NCBI GenBank assembly: GCA_965116885.1
Contig: OZ220741.1
Location: forward strand, 3,712,001-3,776,000
DNA from: Candidatus Latescibacterota bacterium
GTDB lineage: Bacteria > Latescibacterota > UBA2968
DNA length: 64,000 nucleotides
Direction: 5' to 3'
Shown here: positions 27,097 to 36,635 of the stretch, piece by piece
Numbering within the stretch: the stretch's first letter is position 1
Layout of the letters: the number at the start of each line of letters is the position of its first letter
The notes under the pieces: model-generated
Seen by the model: only the letters and a program-made list of their open reading frames with translations
Told to the model about the DNA's origin: nothing
Database searches by the model: none
Program-made: the position numbers and the translations under genes

Positions 27097-28035
27097 ATGT
27101 CAAACAAAACGCTTCGTTACTTAGACGATGGCAGTATTGAGCTGTTTGAAAGGGAAGTGTCCGATCCCGGAGAGAACGAAGTTCAAATTGAAGGTGGCGC
27201 GTGTGGGATATGTTCCTGGGATGTGGTTACGGCTAAACTCGGCAATCAGATGCATCCCATGGCACCGCCGGGACACGAAGGCGTTGGTTATGTCGCCAAA
27301 ATAGGTGCTGGTGTCACGGATTTCAAAGAGGGCGACCGGGTCGCTGGGGGTGGTTTTGCCAATGTCCGCAACTTATCCACGCAGCGCGTTTTCAAAATTC
27401 CGGAATCCGATTTGCCAGATGAATACTGGATTGTTGAGCCTGTGTCCTGTGCCGTTACGGGTATTGACCATTGCCAGATTCAGCCGGGCAATCGCATTAT
27501 GTTAGTCGGCTGTGGATTTATGGGCTTGTTGATTCTGCAGGGACTTCTGCGCTATCCGCTCGACGATTTGATCGTTCTGGATATTGTTCAGAGTCGTCTG
27601 GATTTGGCACAACAACTCGGCGTTGGGGAGGTGTATAACACTGCTGAGGCTGATCTTACTGATCTATCGCAGGAACTCAAGAGCAGAGAGATTGACGTGG
27701 TTGTCGATACCTCTGGTAGTCAGGCCGGTCTGGATCTATCTACCGACATTGTAAAACGCGGCGGGCGCATCAATCTTTTTGGCTGGCTCAAAGGTCAGAC
27801 CGCCTCTTTTGACCCCACAAAGTGGCATTTGGGGGGATTTACCGTTGTCAATTCCGCGCCGGCTTCAAAATTGCGAGATACTTTTGAACCTGCGATTCGC
27901 CTGATTCACAAAGGTATTATTGATCTCAAACCGCTGGTGACACATACGGCAACGCTCGAAGATTATCCGGATTTGATGGTGCAAATTTTGGCGGGTGATG
28001 AAAGCTATATCAAAGGGGTTGTGACGCTGAAATAG
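27097..28035 (+). CDS. zinc-binding (MDR) alcohol dehydrogenase-like protein
   Basis: CGICSWD, GHEGVG, EPVSCA and VGCGFMG. No structural-Zn loop. Confidence 0.85.
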   Translation: MSNKTLRYLDDGSIELFEREVSDPGENEVQIEGGACGICSWDVVTAKLGNQMHPMAPPGHEGVGYVAKIGAGVTDFKEGDRVAGGGFANVRNLSTQRVFKIPESDLPDEYWIVEPVSCAVTGIDHCQIQPGNRIMLVGCGFMGLLILQGLLRYPLDDLIVLDIVQSRLDLAQQLGVGEVYNTAEADLTDLSQELKSREIDVVVDTSGSQAGLDLSTDIVKRGGRINLFGWLKGQTASFDPTKWHLGGFTVVNSAPASKLRDTFEPAIRLIHKGIIDLKPLVTHTATLEDYPDLMVQILAGDESYIKGVVTLK

Positions 28036-28053
28036 AATATGGGATGAGAGATT

Positions 28054-29679
28054 ATGAATGCATCGGGTGAAACGCTGTACAATGGGATTGTGTTGCCAGA
28101 GGTCTGGCCCCCTCGCGATGTGGATGAAGGCGGCACGGCACCTGTTCCCGTCCCCTATTTGGACGATCCGCCAGAGGTGATTTGCATCGATCTGGGCAGG
28201 CAGTTGTTTGTAGATGATTTTTTGATTGCCTCTACTTCTCTAACAAGGGTTTTTGGCGAGGCAAAAATCCACGAGGCGAGTCCCGTCCTGAGTCCCGAGA
28301 CGGATGAGGAGATGGACAATGGGTATTGTCCGATGGCTGCGCCGTTTAATGACGGTGCGTGGTACGATTCCGAAGATGGGTTGTTTAAGCTGTGGTACAT
28401 GCCGGGCTGGTTTCACAGTACGGCGCTGGCAACGAGTCGGGATGGCATCCACTGGGAGCGTCCGGATTTCGATGTTGTGCGCGGTACAAATCTCGTATGG
28501 CCCAATCGGGATGGATACGATAGAGATGGGTGTCTGGTGTGGCTGGACCACGAGGCGGAAAGCTCTGAAAAACGTTTTAAGATGTTTCAGTATTATCGGT
28601 ATGACACAGAGGGAAACGCGACTGCTTCTGAGGGCTGGTTGCACACTTCTCCCGATGGGATTCACTGGTCTGATCCTGTTGTGACAACACCCGTGGGCGA
28701 TAATACGTCATTTTTTTACAATCCATTTCGCAAAAAGTGGTGTATGAGCATTCGGCGGCAGAGTGCCAATTTGCGCGCGCGATTTTATCGGGAGTGCGAT
28801 GATTTTTTGCCTGTGTGGGATCAGGAGCAAGATGAGGTTCTCTGGCAGCGCATTGACAGTCTCGCTTTACCCGATTCCGAACTTCCCGATCACCGGGTCG
28901 CACTTTACGATGTGAATGCAACGCCTTATGAGAGTTTGATGCTGGGGCTGTTCGCAATTTTTCGTGGGCCTGAAAATGATATTTGTGCAGAGAGAGGCGT
29001 GCCCAAAACAATGGATTTGGAATTGGGATATAGCCGCGATGGGTTTCATTTTAGCCGCCCAAACCGCACGCCTTTTCTCGCGTCGTCGCGCCGCATTGGC
29101 GATTGGAATCGGGCGTATTTGCATGCTGTGGGCGGTGTTTGTCTGGTGGTGGGGGATGAAGTATGGATTTATTTTACGGGCTTTTCCGGTCAGTCGCCAA
29201 AGCTCGGCAAGACAGATGTGGGAGCGTTTGGGCGAAGTCGGCGCGTGATGTATGCGGGCGCGAGTACGGGATTGGCAACGATTCGGAGAGATGGTTTTGC
29301 ATCTATGGACGCAGGTGCCAGTGGCGGTGTGCTGACTACGCGACCTGTGGTTTTTAAGGGGCATCGGTTATTTGTGAATGTGGAGGTGCCGAGGGGGGAA
29401 TTGCGGGGGGAAGTGCTGGAAGAAAATGGGCGACCAATCGAAGGTTTAACTGCGGATCAGTGTATGCCGCTTTGTGTGGATCGCACCTGTTGCGAGGTTT
29501 TGTGGACTTCCGGCAAAAATTTATCTTCGATTGCTGGGCGTCCCGTGGTGTTCAGGTTTTATTTGCGGTCGGGGCGATTATTTTCGTTTTGGGTTACGGA
29601 TGATCCCAATGGGGCGAGTTCTGGATACCTGGGGGCCGGTGGTCCCGGTTGTACAAAGGGCCGGGATTTGCCCGGGTGA
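28054..29679 (+). CDS. glycoside hydrolase GH32/GH43-like five-bladed beta-propeller protein
   Basis: GRQLFVDDFLI, ATSRDGIHWERP, SPDGIHWS, YSRDGFHFSR and GLATIRRDGFASMDA. Confidence 0.7.
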   Translation: MNASGETLYNGIVLPEVWPPRDVDEGGTAPVPVPYLDDPPEVICIDLGRQLFVDDFLIASTSLTRVFGEAKIHEASPVLSPETDEEMDNGYCPMAAPFNDGAWYDSEDGLFKLWYMPGWFHSTALATSRDGIHWERPDFDVVRGTNLVWPNRDGYDRDGCLVWLDHEAESSEKRFKMFQYYRYDTEGNATASEGWLHTSPDGIHWSDPVVTTPVGDNTSFFYNPFRKKWCMSIRRQSANLRARFYRECDDFLPVWDQEQDEVLWQRIDSLALPDSELPDHRVALYDVNATPYESLMLGLFAIFRGPENDICAERGVPKTMDLELGYSRDGFHFSRPNRTPFLASSRRIGDWNRAYLHAVGGVCLVVGDEVWIYFTGFSGQSPKLGKTDVGAFGRSRRVMYAGASTGLATIRRDGFASMDAGASGGVLTTRPVVFKGHRLFVNVEVPRGELRGEVLEENGRPIEGLTADQCMPLCVDRTCCEVLWTSGKNLSSIAGRPVVFRFYLRSGRLFSFWVTDDPNGASSGYLGAGGPGCTKGRDLPG

Positions 29680-29682
29680 TGA

Positions 29683-30408
29683 TCAGGTGGGTTTTGTCCA
29701 GTAGGCTTCGAGTTTGTCCTGGGGATCAAAGCCGAGTATTGTGCGTGCGCGCGTGTTTGGGAAGCGATTGTGCGGCAGGTCTGTGGTGACATAGAAGACT
29801 TCAAAGCGCGATGGAAGTGTTTGAAGATCGACTTCTATGGCGCACTTAACGGCTTGTGCGGCATCTCTGGCCGATATGCTGAGGGTGCTGTCGTCGGTAT
29901 TGTGTGGATCGGCGGTGGGGTTTCGAAAGCGCGAGAAGATGAGCGAGAGGACGTGTAGCGGATGGTGTTCGCTGAAGAGTCGGCAGATTTCGAGGCCGAG
30001 ACCTTTGCTCATCGCATAGAGTTCCGTGCCGGGTTGTGGGGGGATTTTTTCAGAAATGGTATGGTCGTAATCGAGGTAGGAAGGGCCGACGAGTGAAAAG
30101 CGAGGTCCCGTGTTGATAAAGCGTTTCATGCCACAGGCAACTGCGGCGCGGAGTGCGTTGTGCGTTCCCATTGTGTTCACGCCAAAAGCAATTTTGCGAT
30201 GGGTGCGCTGAACAGAGCAGTTGATGATGACGTCCATGCCCTCGGCAGCGGACATGACCTGGGCGAAATCGGATACATCGACCTGCCGCGTGTCGTGCGG
30301 TGTATCAATGGGCATGAGGTCGGTGACGCGAAGTTGATGGTGGTCTTCGAGGGCTTTGACGACATAAGGACCGAGAAAACCATTGCCACCGAGGATGAGG
30401 ATGTTCAT
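29683..30408 (-). CDS. NAD-dependent epimerase/dehydratase (uronate dehydrogenase-like)
   Basis: MNILILGGNGFLG and YAMSK (YxxxK). Start trimmed to ATG 30408. Confidence 0.8.
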   Translation of the reverse strand: MNILILGGNGFLGPYVVKALEDHHQLRVTDLMPIDTPHDTRQVDVSDFAQVMSAAEGMDVIINCSVQRTHRKIAFGVNTMGTHNALRAAVACGMKRFINTGPRFSLVGPSYLDYDHTISEKIPPQPGTELYAMSKGLGLEICRLFSEHHPLHVLSLIFSRFRNPTADPHNTDDSTLSISARDAAQAVKCAIEVDLQTLPSRFEVFYVTTDLPHNRFPNTRARTILGFDPQDKLEAYWTKPT

Positions 30409-30412
30409 GGGA

Positions 30413-31219
30413 TTATTGGGTGACGCGCGGGCGATTTGTGCGGTAGGGCGGTTCGAGCAGGGCGCGTTGTGTGGGTGTGAATTCGTCGAGCGCGTTTTCC
30501 ACATCTGGTGGCAAATACCGCGCTGAATAGGTCAGGGTGCCGGGCGAGTATTTGTAGAGAATGGATCTGCGTTGATGGTCGGCTGTCCAGGGGAGCGTGC
30601 CATGTGCCAGTGCTTCTGTGAAGATGATGGCCGACCCCGCCTTTGCCGGGACTTGCTTTACGACACCCATGTCCCGATCTACACGTGCGACATCTCGGGG
30701 TGTTTTGTAGTTGGATTTGTGGCTGCCGGGAATGCAGGCAAACCCGCCTTCGCCGGGGTTGCAATCGGTGAGTACCCAAGAGACTACGGTGAGACCACAG
30801 CGCATGCGTCCATTGTGAAATTGATAAAAGTGCGTCAGGTCGTCAGCCGTGCCTCCGCCATGGATGACATGGCCCTCGGCTCCTTTTTCCATGACGATGC
30901 CGTAGAGGTGGTCGAGGCGACAGTCTTCGCGCAGCAATTCTGCGAGGTAGGGCACGATGTTTGGATGGGCGAGTAAATCGCGGAAGGGCTGACACCAGGG
31001 TTTGGGCCAGGTGAGCATGCCGCCCAGATCGGTGCGCCCGTGTTTGCCCTTGAGTGTTTTGGACTCGCCGGAGAGGGATTGCTCTGGCGGGCGAATGCGC
31101 ATCCTGTCGGGGTTGTTGTCAATGGCTTTGTTACACGCGGCAATTTCGTCGGGTGTTAAAGCGTTTTCGACGACGAGGTAGCCGTTGAGGTCAAAGAAGA
31201 ATTTTTCGTGTTCGTCCAT
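30413..31219 (-). CDS. phytanoyl-CoA dioxygenase (PhyH) family Fe(II)/2OG oxygenase
   Basis: FFDLNGYLVVENAL, GGFACIPGSHK, AGSAIIFTEALAHG and RRSILYKY. The first iron motif is H-G-G rather than H-x-D. Confidence 0.85.
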   Translation of the reverse strand: MDEHEKFFFDLNGYLVVENALTPDEIAACNKAIDNNPDRMRIRPPEQSLSGESKTLKGKHGRTDLGGMLTWPKPWCQPFRDLLAHPNIVPYLAELLREDCRLDHLYGIVMEKGAEGHVIHGGGTADDLTHFYQFHNGRMRCGLTVVSWVLTDCNPGEGGFACIPGSHKSNYKTPRDVARVDRDMGVVKQVPAKAGSAIIFTEALAHGTLPWTADHQRRSILYKYSPGTLTYSARYLPPDVENALDEFTPTQRALLEPPYRTNRPRVTQ

Positions 31220-31255
31220 GTTCGGGAGTCCTATTTGGTTTGGTGAGAAGGTCCC

Positions 31256-31456
31256 TTAATTGTCATCACCCTCATCCCGTCTCATCCGATAGCGACCAAT
31301 CCGCCGTATCAAAATCCACACGAGTCCAATGAGTGCGATATATTGCACCATATCCCAGATCCAGCCCTGCCAGCCCAGGATGCCCGGCCAGAGTGCTCCG
31401 ATGCACATGATGATAAATGCGTCTTCTAAAATCAACCACAGTGGTCGCTCATTCAT
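31256..31456 (-). CDS. small two-TM membrane protein
   Basis: 66 aa with two hydrophobic segments. Overlaps the 3' end of the slt gene. Confidence 0.55.
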   Translation of the reverse strand: MNERPLWLILEDAFIIMCIGALWPGILGWQGWIWDMVQYIALIGLVWILIRRIGRYRMRRDEGDDN

Positions 31457-33626
31457 TTTTGTATCCCAATGATATTTTCACTTCTGACTGTGCATCGTTG
31501 AGGTAAGAATAAACGCGATAATTGCGATACACGAGTTTTACATAATTGCGGGTTTCTTTGTAGGGAATGCGCTCTATAAATTCATCGACGTCTTGTTTTG
31601 TGAGGCGTTTCGCCCATCGCTTCGCAGCATCCAGACCCGCATTATAAGCCGATAGTGCCAAACTAAGTTGCCTGTGCTTATCTTTTCGAAATGCCCTCAT
31701 GTGGTCGGAGAGATGTTGTCCGCCCAATAAAATTGACGTGTGGGGATCGTGGAGGTCTTCGGTTGAAAAATTTTTGAGCTTGACAAGTCGGGCCATGTCC
31801 CGTCCCGTTTGCGGCATCACTTGCATCAGCCCACGTGCGCCCGCGCGAGATACAGCGGTTGTATTAAACGCGCTTTCCTGTCGCATGATGGCGATCATGA
31901 GATTGGGATCCAGATTCATTTTTCGCGCTACCTGGTTGATCTCGCCCCAATAATACGTCGGGTACAATCGACGGAATGAGGCCCGCGTCATGGATATCCC
32001 CTGTGCGCGTTCTAACATTACAATCTGTGCGGATACTTGAAGTGCTTTGTGCATGGCGCGAACGCGCTCATAGCGCGGCTTCAAATCATCCAGCGCGAAT
32101 AAATTGCGTCCGAGAATTTTCCGCGCGCGGTCGTATTCCCGCTCGGCATCTCGGTATAACCCGATAGACGCCAGTACATCCCCTTTTGGGATATGTGTCG
32201 AAGGCGTATAGGATTGACCAACTGATAGGTGTTCGCCCGGTTGGGGTACTTCGATATAAGCATTTTCTGTTTTGCCCAGGACTGCATGTGCGCGCGTTGA
32301 GTAATAAGAGGTGGGAAACCCCTCTGAGGCGCGTTCAATCCAGAATCGCGCTTCTGCTTTTTGTTCCAATTTTTGGTAACATTTGCCCGCCCAATAATAC
32401 CCCTGATCGCGCAGATGGCTCGCAGAGGTCTGGCGCGATAGGCGCAAAAAGGCTTTGGAAGCAGCCGTGTATTGCCGTGTTTGATAAAGCGCGAATCCCG
32501 CCCGCCACGCAGCCTGGTCGGCATAAGTGTTTTTGGGGTAGGCTTTTGCCAGTGCTATAAATAGTTTGCGCGCATCGCTATGACGTCCCCGTCGCTCATA
32601 GGCCATGGCAGCCTGCCAGAAGGCTTCGGGTGCGGTTTTGGCGTTGGGATAGCGGCGCACAAATTCACGAAACCGCGTTGTTCCCGTTAAATCGTGCCCG
32701 AGCTTAATAGCGCATCGGCCCAGGTAAAAAAGTGCTTCGGGCACATGATATACTTTGAAGGCGCGGTCAAACGCGCTTTCAGCTTTGAGATATTTTCGAC
32801 TGCGATAATACACATGCCCCAGTTCGTATTGCGCTTTTCCACGCCATGTAACATCTTGAGATTCATCGATCACTTTGCGCAATAAATTGATAGCCTGTTG
32901 ATATTTTCCGGCATGCATACAGGCCACACCTGCGTAAAACAGTTCTTCAACATCGCGCATATCACTCGGCGCGGGGAGCATTTTGAGAATGGCCGGATGT
33001 TTGGGATAGTTTTTGATCAATTGCAACTGCATCTCGCGCGCAGCAACAGAATCGCCCAGAGCAGTCCAGGCTCTAACCATCCCGGCCAGTGCATCGCCTT
33101 CGTGCGGACGCTTGCCAACAAGTGTTTGATAATATGCGATAGCATCTTCTGCGTTACCCCGTGCAAGCGAGGCTCGCGCGGCATTGAGTGTCGCCTGATC
33201 ACTGATCGGACTCACTGGTTTCATGTGCAGAATTTTTGCATAATAATTTTCAGCGTTTTTGGCTTGTCCCAAAGCCTCGGCGCATTGTCCCATCCAAAAG
33301 GCCACATAATCGGCAATTTCTTTGCGTGTGGTGCCTGAAGACTGCAAGATTGTTAGTGCGTCTGAGTATTTGCCCAGATTCATCAGACAAATCGCGCGTT
33401 GTAACGCGGCGGTGTGCGTATCCCAGGCATCGCGCTGGGTAGTGTCCATATTGTCGAGTGCGAATAATGCTTCGGAAAAATTTTGCTGTGCAATTAGTTC
33501 TGAAACTCGAAAAATGGGATCGCGTTGTTCCCCTATTCCCAAATATCCGACTATTACAAAAACGGCGATAAAGGGGAAGGCAAATAGCGCAGTACGGCTC
33601 ATTAATTTATTTTTTAAAAATGACAT
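31449..33626 (-). CDS. slt: soluble lytic murein transglycosylase with TPR repeats (Slt70-like)
   Basis: TPR-like helices, then AIMRQESAF, SRAGARGLMQVMP, AYNAG and IPYKETRNYVK. Confidence 0.9.
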   Translation of the reverse strand: MSFLKNKLMSRTALFAFPFIAVFVIVGYLGIGEQRDPIFRVSELIAQQNFSEALFALDNMDTTQRDAWDTHTAALQRAICLMNLGKYSDALTILQSSGTTRKEIADYVAFWMGQCAEALGQAKNAENYYAKILHMKPVSPISDQATLNAARASLARGNAEDAIAYYQTLVGKRPHEGDALAGMVRAWTALGDSVAAREMQLQLIKNYPKHPAILKMLPAPSDMRDVEELFYAGVACMHAGKYQQAINLLRKVIDESQDVTWRGKAQYELGHVYYRSRKYLKAESAFDRAFKVYHVPEALFYLGRCAIKLGHDLTGTTRFREFVRRYPNAKTAPEAFWQAAMAYERRGRHSDARKLFIALAKAYPKNTYADQAAWRAGFALYQTRQYTAASKAFLRLSRQTSASHLRDQGYYWAGKCYQKLEQKAEARFWIERASEGFPTSYYSTRAHAVLGKTENAYIEVPQPGEHLSVGQSYTPSTHIPKGDVLASIGLYRDAEREYDRARKILGRNLFALDDLKPRYERVRAMHKALQVSAQIVMLERAQGISMTRASFRRLYPTYYWGEINQVARKMNLDPNLMIAIMRQESAFNTTAVSRAGARGLMQVMPQTGRDMARLVKLKNFSTEDLHDPHTSILLGGQHLSDHMRAFRKDKHRQLSLALSAYNAGLDAAKRWAKRLTKQDVDEFIERIPYKETRNYVKLVYRNYRVYSYLNDAQSEVKISLGYKNE

Positions 33627-33844
33627 TGTGAAAGCCTTTGCGATGAGGTCTGAAAAAATTGTAGTCTATAATGCACGCAATGTCAAGATGCAAAAGCATC
33701 CGCAGAAAAAAACGCGAGTGAGCGGTGTACAACTGGCCGCCTGTCAGGCCAGTTCATTCGAGCGTTTTTCGCAGATGAACGCAGATAAAAACACAGTGAT
33801 AGGCGGGGGGGCGGGGGATATTCACACTTCATTCTGGAGTTTTT

Positions 33845-35218
33845 ATGAAAGCACTTATTCTCGCGGCGGGAAAGGGTGAACGGTTTTTTCCATTTAATGT
33901 TTTTCGTCCCAAGCCGATGTTTCCAATATGCAATCGCCCGCTTTTGGCGTGGACGGTTTCGCGTCTGGTCGATGCGGGTATTACGGATATTGGCATTGTG
34001 GTGGGGCATCGAGGGGGACGAGCGCGCAATTATTTTGGCAATGGGCAGCGCTTTGGCTGTAAAATTACTTATATCGAGCAACCGCAGCCCAAAGGCACGG
34101 CGCATGCGGTGATGCTGGCGTCTGATTTTATTGGTGCTGATGATGTTCTGGTCATTTTCGGAGATGTTTTTTTTAGCGGTGATGCTGTCCCACACCTGTT
34201 AGATGTGTTTAGAGATAGAAACTGTTCTGGTGTCGCTGGTATTGTCCAGGTTGACGATCTCTCATCTCATATACGCGCACACGTCGAAAAGGATCAGAGC
34301 CTATCTTCTTACACCTATAAACCTCGCGGTGGATCGGGACAGGCACTGTCTGGTCTCTATGTTTTTAAGAATGAAATTTTGTCCGATCTGGATAATACCT
34401 CCGATTTTGTGCCGCGAACCCAATTTGGTATCTTTCCGCCTGAGGGTCAGGAAATTTGCGATGTTATCCCATTGCTCTACAGCGAAGGACGCGCGCTTGT
34501 TGCGGCCGATTTGCCCGGATCGTGGTTCGATATGGACCTGCCCTGGCATCCGAAAAATGTCGCGTTTATGGCACTTGACGAAATGGCTGATGGACTTACA
34601 GAGTCCGTTGTTGCGCCAACGGCTACGGTCGATCCCGACGCCCGCATTCGCGGTCCCATCTTTGTCGATGAGAATACCACGATTGCCCGAGATGCTTATA
34701 TTGAGGGGCCCGTCTGGATCGGGAAAGATACGCAGATATTAGAAGGCTCTCACATCGCATCTCGTACTGTGATTGGCGACCGCTGCAAAATTGGTCCTTT
34801 TGCCAAAGTATCGGGTACGGTAGATACCAACTGCCACATTACTTATTTGGGCGAGTTTGGCGGTATTATGCTGGAAGAGGGGCGCGTGACCCATCAGATT
34901 CAGCTTTCGGGTATTTTTGGCGAGCGCGCGGAAATAGGCGCGGGCACACAGGTGGGCACGCTGCGCTTTGACGATGCGGAGATCGAGGTCGAGGTTCAGG
35001 GTATTCGTCGAAAAGCACCCGGTTTTACCGGTGTGTTATTTGGAGATTACTCGCGTACGGGTATCGGTGCGATGATTATGCCCGGTCGCATTGTGGGACC
35101 ATGTGCAATGGTGGGCGCGGGCGTGGTGCTGATGAAAAACGCGCCGCCGTATAAGGCCGTGCTCGTCAAACAGGAACTCGATGTCGTTGACTGGTCGCCC
35201 AATATTTATGAGCGATGA
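33845..35218 (+). CDS. bifunctional sugar-1-phosphate nucleotidyltransferase/acetyltransferase (archaeal GlmU-like)
   Basis: MKALILAAGKGERF..RPKPM, QPQPKGTAHAV and a C-terminal hexapeptide left-handed beta-helix with IGAGT..GTLRFD. Confidence 0.8.
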   Translation: MKALILAAGKGERFFPFNVFRPKPMFPICNRPLLAWTVSRLVDAGITDIGIVVGHRGGRARNYFGNGQRFGCKITYIEQPQPKGTAHAVMLASDFIGADDVLVIFGDVFFSGDAVPHLLDVFRDRNCSGVAGIVQVDDLSSHIRAHVEKDQSLSSYTYKPRGGSGQALSGLYVFKNEILSDLDNTSDFVPRTQFGIFPPEGQEICDVIPLLYSEGRALVAADLPGSWFDMDLPWHPKNVAFMALDEMADGLTESVVAPTATVDPDARIRGPIFVDENTTIARDAYIEGPVWIGKDTQILEGSHIASRTVIGDRCKIGPFAKVSGTVDTNCHITYLGEFGGIMLEEGRVTHQIQLSGIFGERAEIGAGTQVGTLRFDDAEIEVEVQGIRRKAPGFTGVLFGDYSRTGIGAMIMPGRIVGPCAMVGAGVVLMKNAPPYKAVLVKQELDVVDWSPNIYER

Positions 35219-35252
35219 GCGATTTTAGAGCGACGGATCGCCCGATGTTCAC

Positions 35253-35299
35253 CAAACAAATACCCCTATCTGATCATTTTGGACAGGGGTATTTGTTTG
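35253..35299. terminator. inverted repeat, probable terminator between convergent genes
   Basis: CAAACAAATACCCCT ... AGGGGTATTTGTTTG, perfect 15-bp arms. Confidence 0.7.
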
Positions 35300-35365
35300 C
35301 CTGCCCGCCTATCTGCTGACAGGCACAGCAGGCGGACGTGATGGCGTGATCACAGGTCGCCTATT

Positions 35366-36196
35366 TCAATTTATCTTATTGCTCGCCTTTATTTTTTTGC
35401 CATTTTCCTCTTTCAATACAGCACGGATGGCTTCCATGTCAATATCTGGATACGCCTCTTGAATGGCTGCAAATATTTCTCTATGTCCTTCTTCTCGGCC
35501 TTCTTCTCTGGCTTGTTTCATGATGTATTGTGCAAAGGATGATTCGCGCATAATCGCATCCATAAGACCCTCCTGAGATAAAATACGACTAATCGTGGCT
35601 GGCGCATACGCTAACCCACTCAATATCGTCAACCCACCCAAAATGTCAACCTTTATTGAGTCTTCCAATGGCAAGGCTTTGGTCGCATCAATACACTCCT
35701 GTAACCACGCCTCTAAACCTGTCCCTTCAGGTTTCTTCATCAATGGTGCAAACGGAAACAAGCCCGCATGTCCTTCATTGAGAATGTGCTGTCCTTCGAT
35801 CTCGATCAGTCTGATCACGCTGTATTGGAAGATAAGATGGTGACCTGGCAGGTTTTGGATATAGTGTCCCGGATCGTTCTTTCCCGCATTGGGACGCAAG
35901 TAGATCACGCTGGAATAGATCGGCAAGTGATGCGTCTCAATGGCTCTGACTGTATAGCCAGCCATTCGGATGGGCATTGTCGGATCGGTAGTGGTTTGAA
36001 ATTCGTGATGTACCAATGCCTCTTCGCCTGCAATCTGAACTTTGATGAGGCTATCCATGTGGTGTGTTTGGGTTGTGGGTTGTTCTGTGTCGAGGATGTC
36101 GAGAAATTGGACGTCGTCTCGTTGGAGAGAGAGTTGGATGAAGTCTTGAGGGTAGGTTTGGATGAAGTGTTTTGAGATGGTGTCGTATTGGGGCAT
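35366..36196 (-). CDS. Rpn/YhgA-like PD-(D/E)xK family protein (recombination-promoting nuclease/putative transposase)
   Basis: YDTISK..I..YP.DF, HMDSL, HHEFQT..D..MPIRM..Y, VIYL and C-terminal MRES...EEGREEG. Confidence 0.75.
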   Translation of the reverse strand: MPQYDTISKHFIQTYPQDFIQLSLQRDDVQFLDILDTEQPTTQTHHMDSLIKVQIAGEEALVHHEFQTTTDPTMPIRMAGYTVRAIETHHLPIYSSVIYLRPNAGKNDPGHYIQNLPGHHLIFQYSVIRLIEIEGQHILNEGHAGLFPFAPLMKKPEGTGLEAWLQECIDATKALPLEDSIKVDILGGLTILSGLAYAPATISRILSQEGLMDAIMRESSFAQYIMKQAREEGREEGHREIFAAIQEAYPDIDMEAIRAVLKEENGKKIKASNKIN

Positions 36197-36225
36197 GTGC
36201 TTGCCTTTGGTCTGTGTGTTCCTGA

Positions 36226-36255
36226 GGCGGGTGAAAGATGTTTCGCCGCCCCTAC
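36226..36255 (-). repeat. GTAG-type REP-like palindrome
   Basis: Minus strand reads GTAGGGGCGG-CGAAACATCTTTCAC-CCGCC. Confidence 0.4.
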
Positions 36256-36273
36256 ATGTAACCCTCAGACCTT

Positions 36274-36291
36274 ATGCAAACCTTATGCCAA
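36274..36291 (-). promoter_or_regulatory. sigma54-like -24/-12 element upstream of the Rpn-like gene
   Basis: Minus strand TTGGCATAAGGTTTGCAT gives GG-N10-GC within TGGCA/TTGCA contexts. Confidence 0.45.
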
Positions 36292-36635
36292 TGACCTGGA
36301 ATTGGGCAATAAATGGCATGGACAGATGCACAACCCCCTTATTTTACTTTAGTTATTGATCACTCAAATTTAAGAATTATCTGTTGAATCGGATCAGCCT
36401 CAGTGCAAATGCGAGGCAAAAAAGTGTACATTTTGAGCGATGAGTGAGTAGAGAAGTGAAAGATATGTGTTCGAATGTAGAGCGAAAAATGTCCGCCTTT
36501 ATTGATTCATTATTGTGTTTACATAGCGCAATGGCCTATTATTTTTTTCTATGACAATCGGGGTTATTTTTATTTGTTTATCATATATTGCCCACTGTTT
36601 GGACCAGACATCTCATATCTGCATTATGAATCGCC

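Noticed and set aside
35366..36196. Active IS element
   Set aside because: No terminal inverted repeats or target duplication were seen, and there are no DDE/HUH motifs. YhgA-like proteins are not demonstrated transposases.
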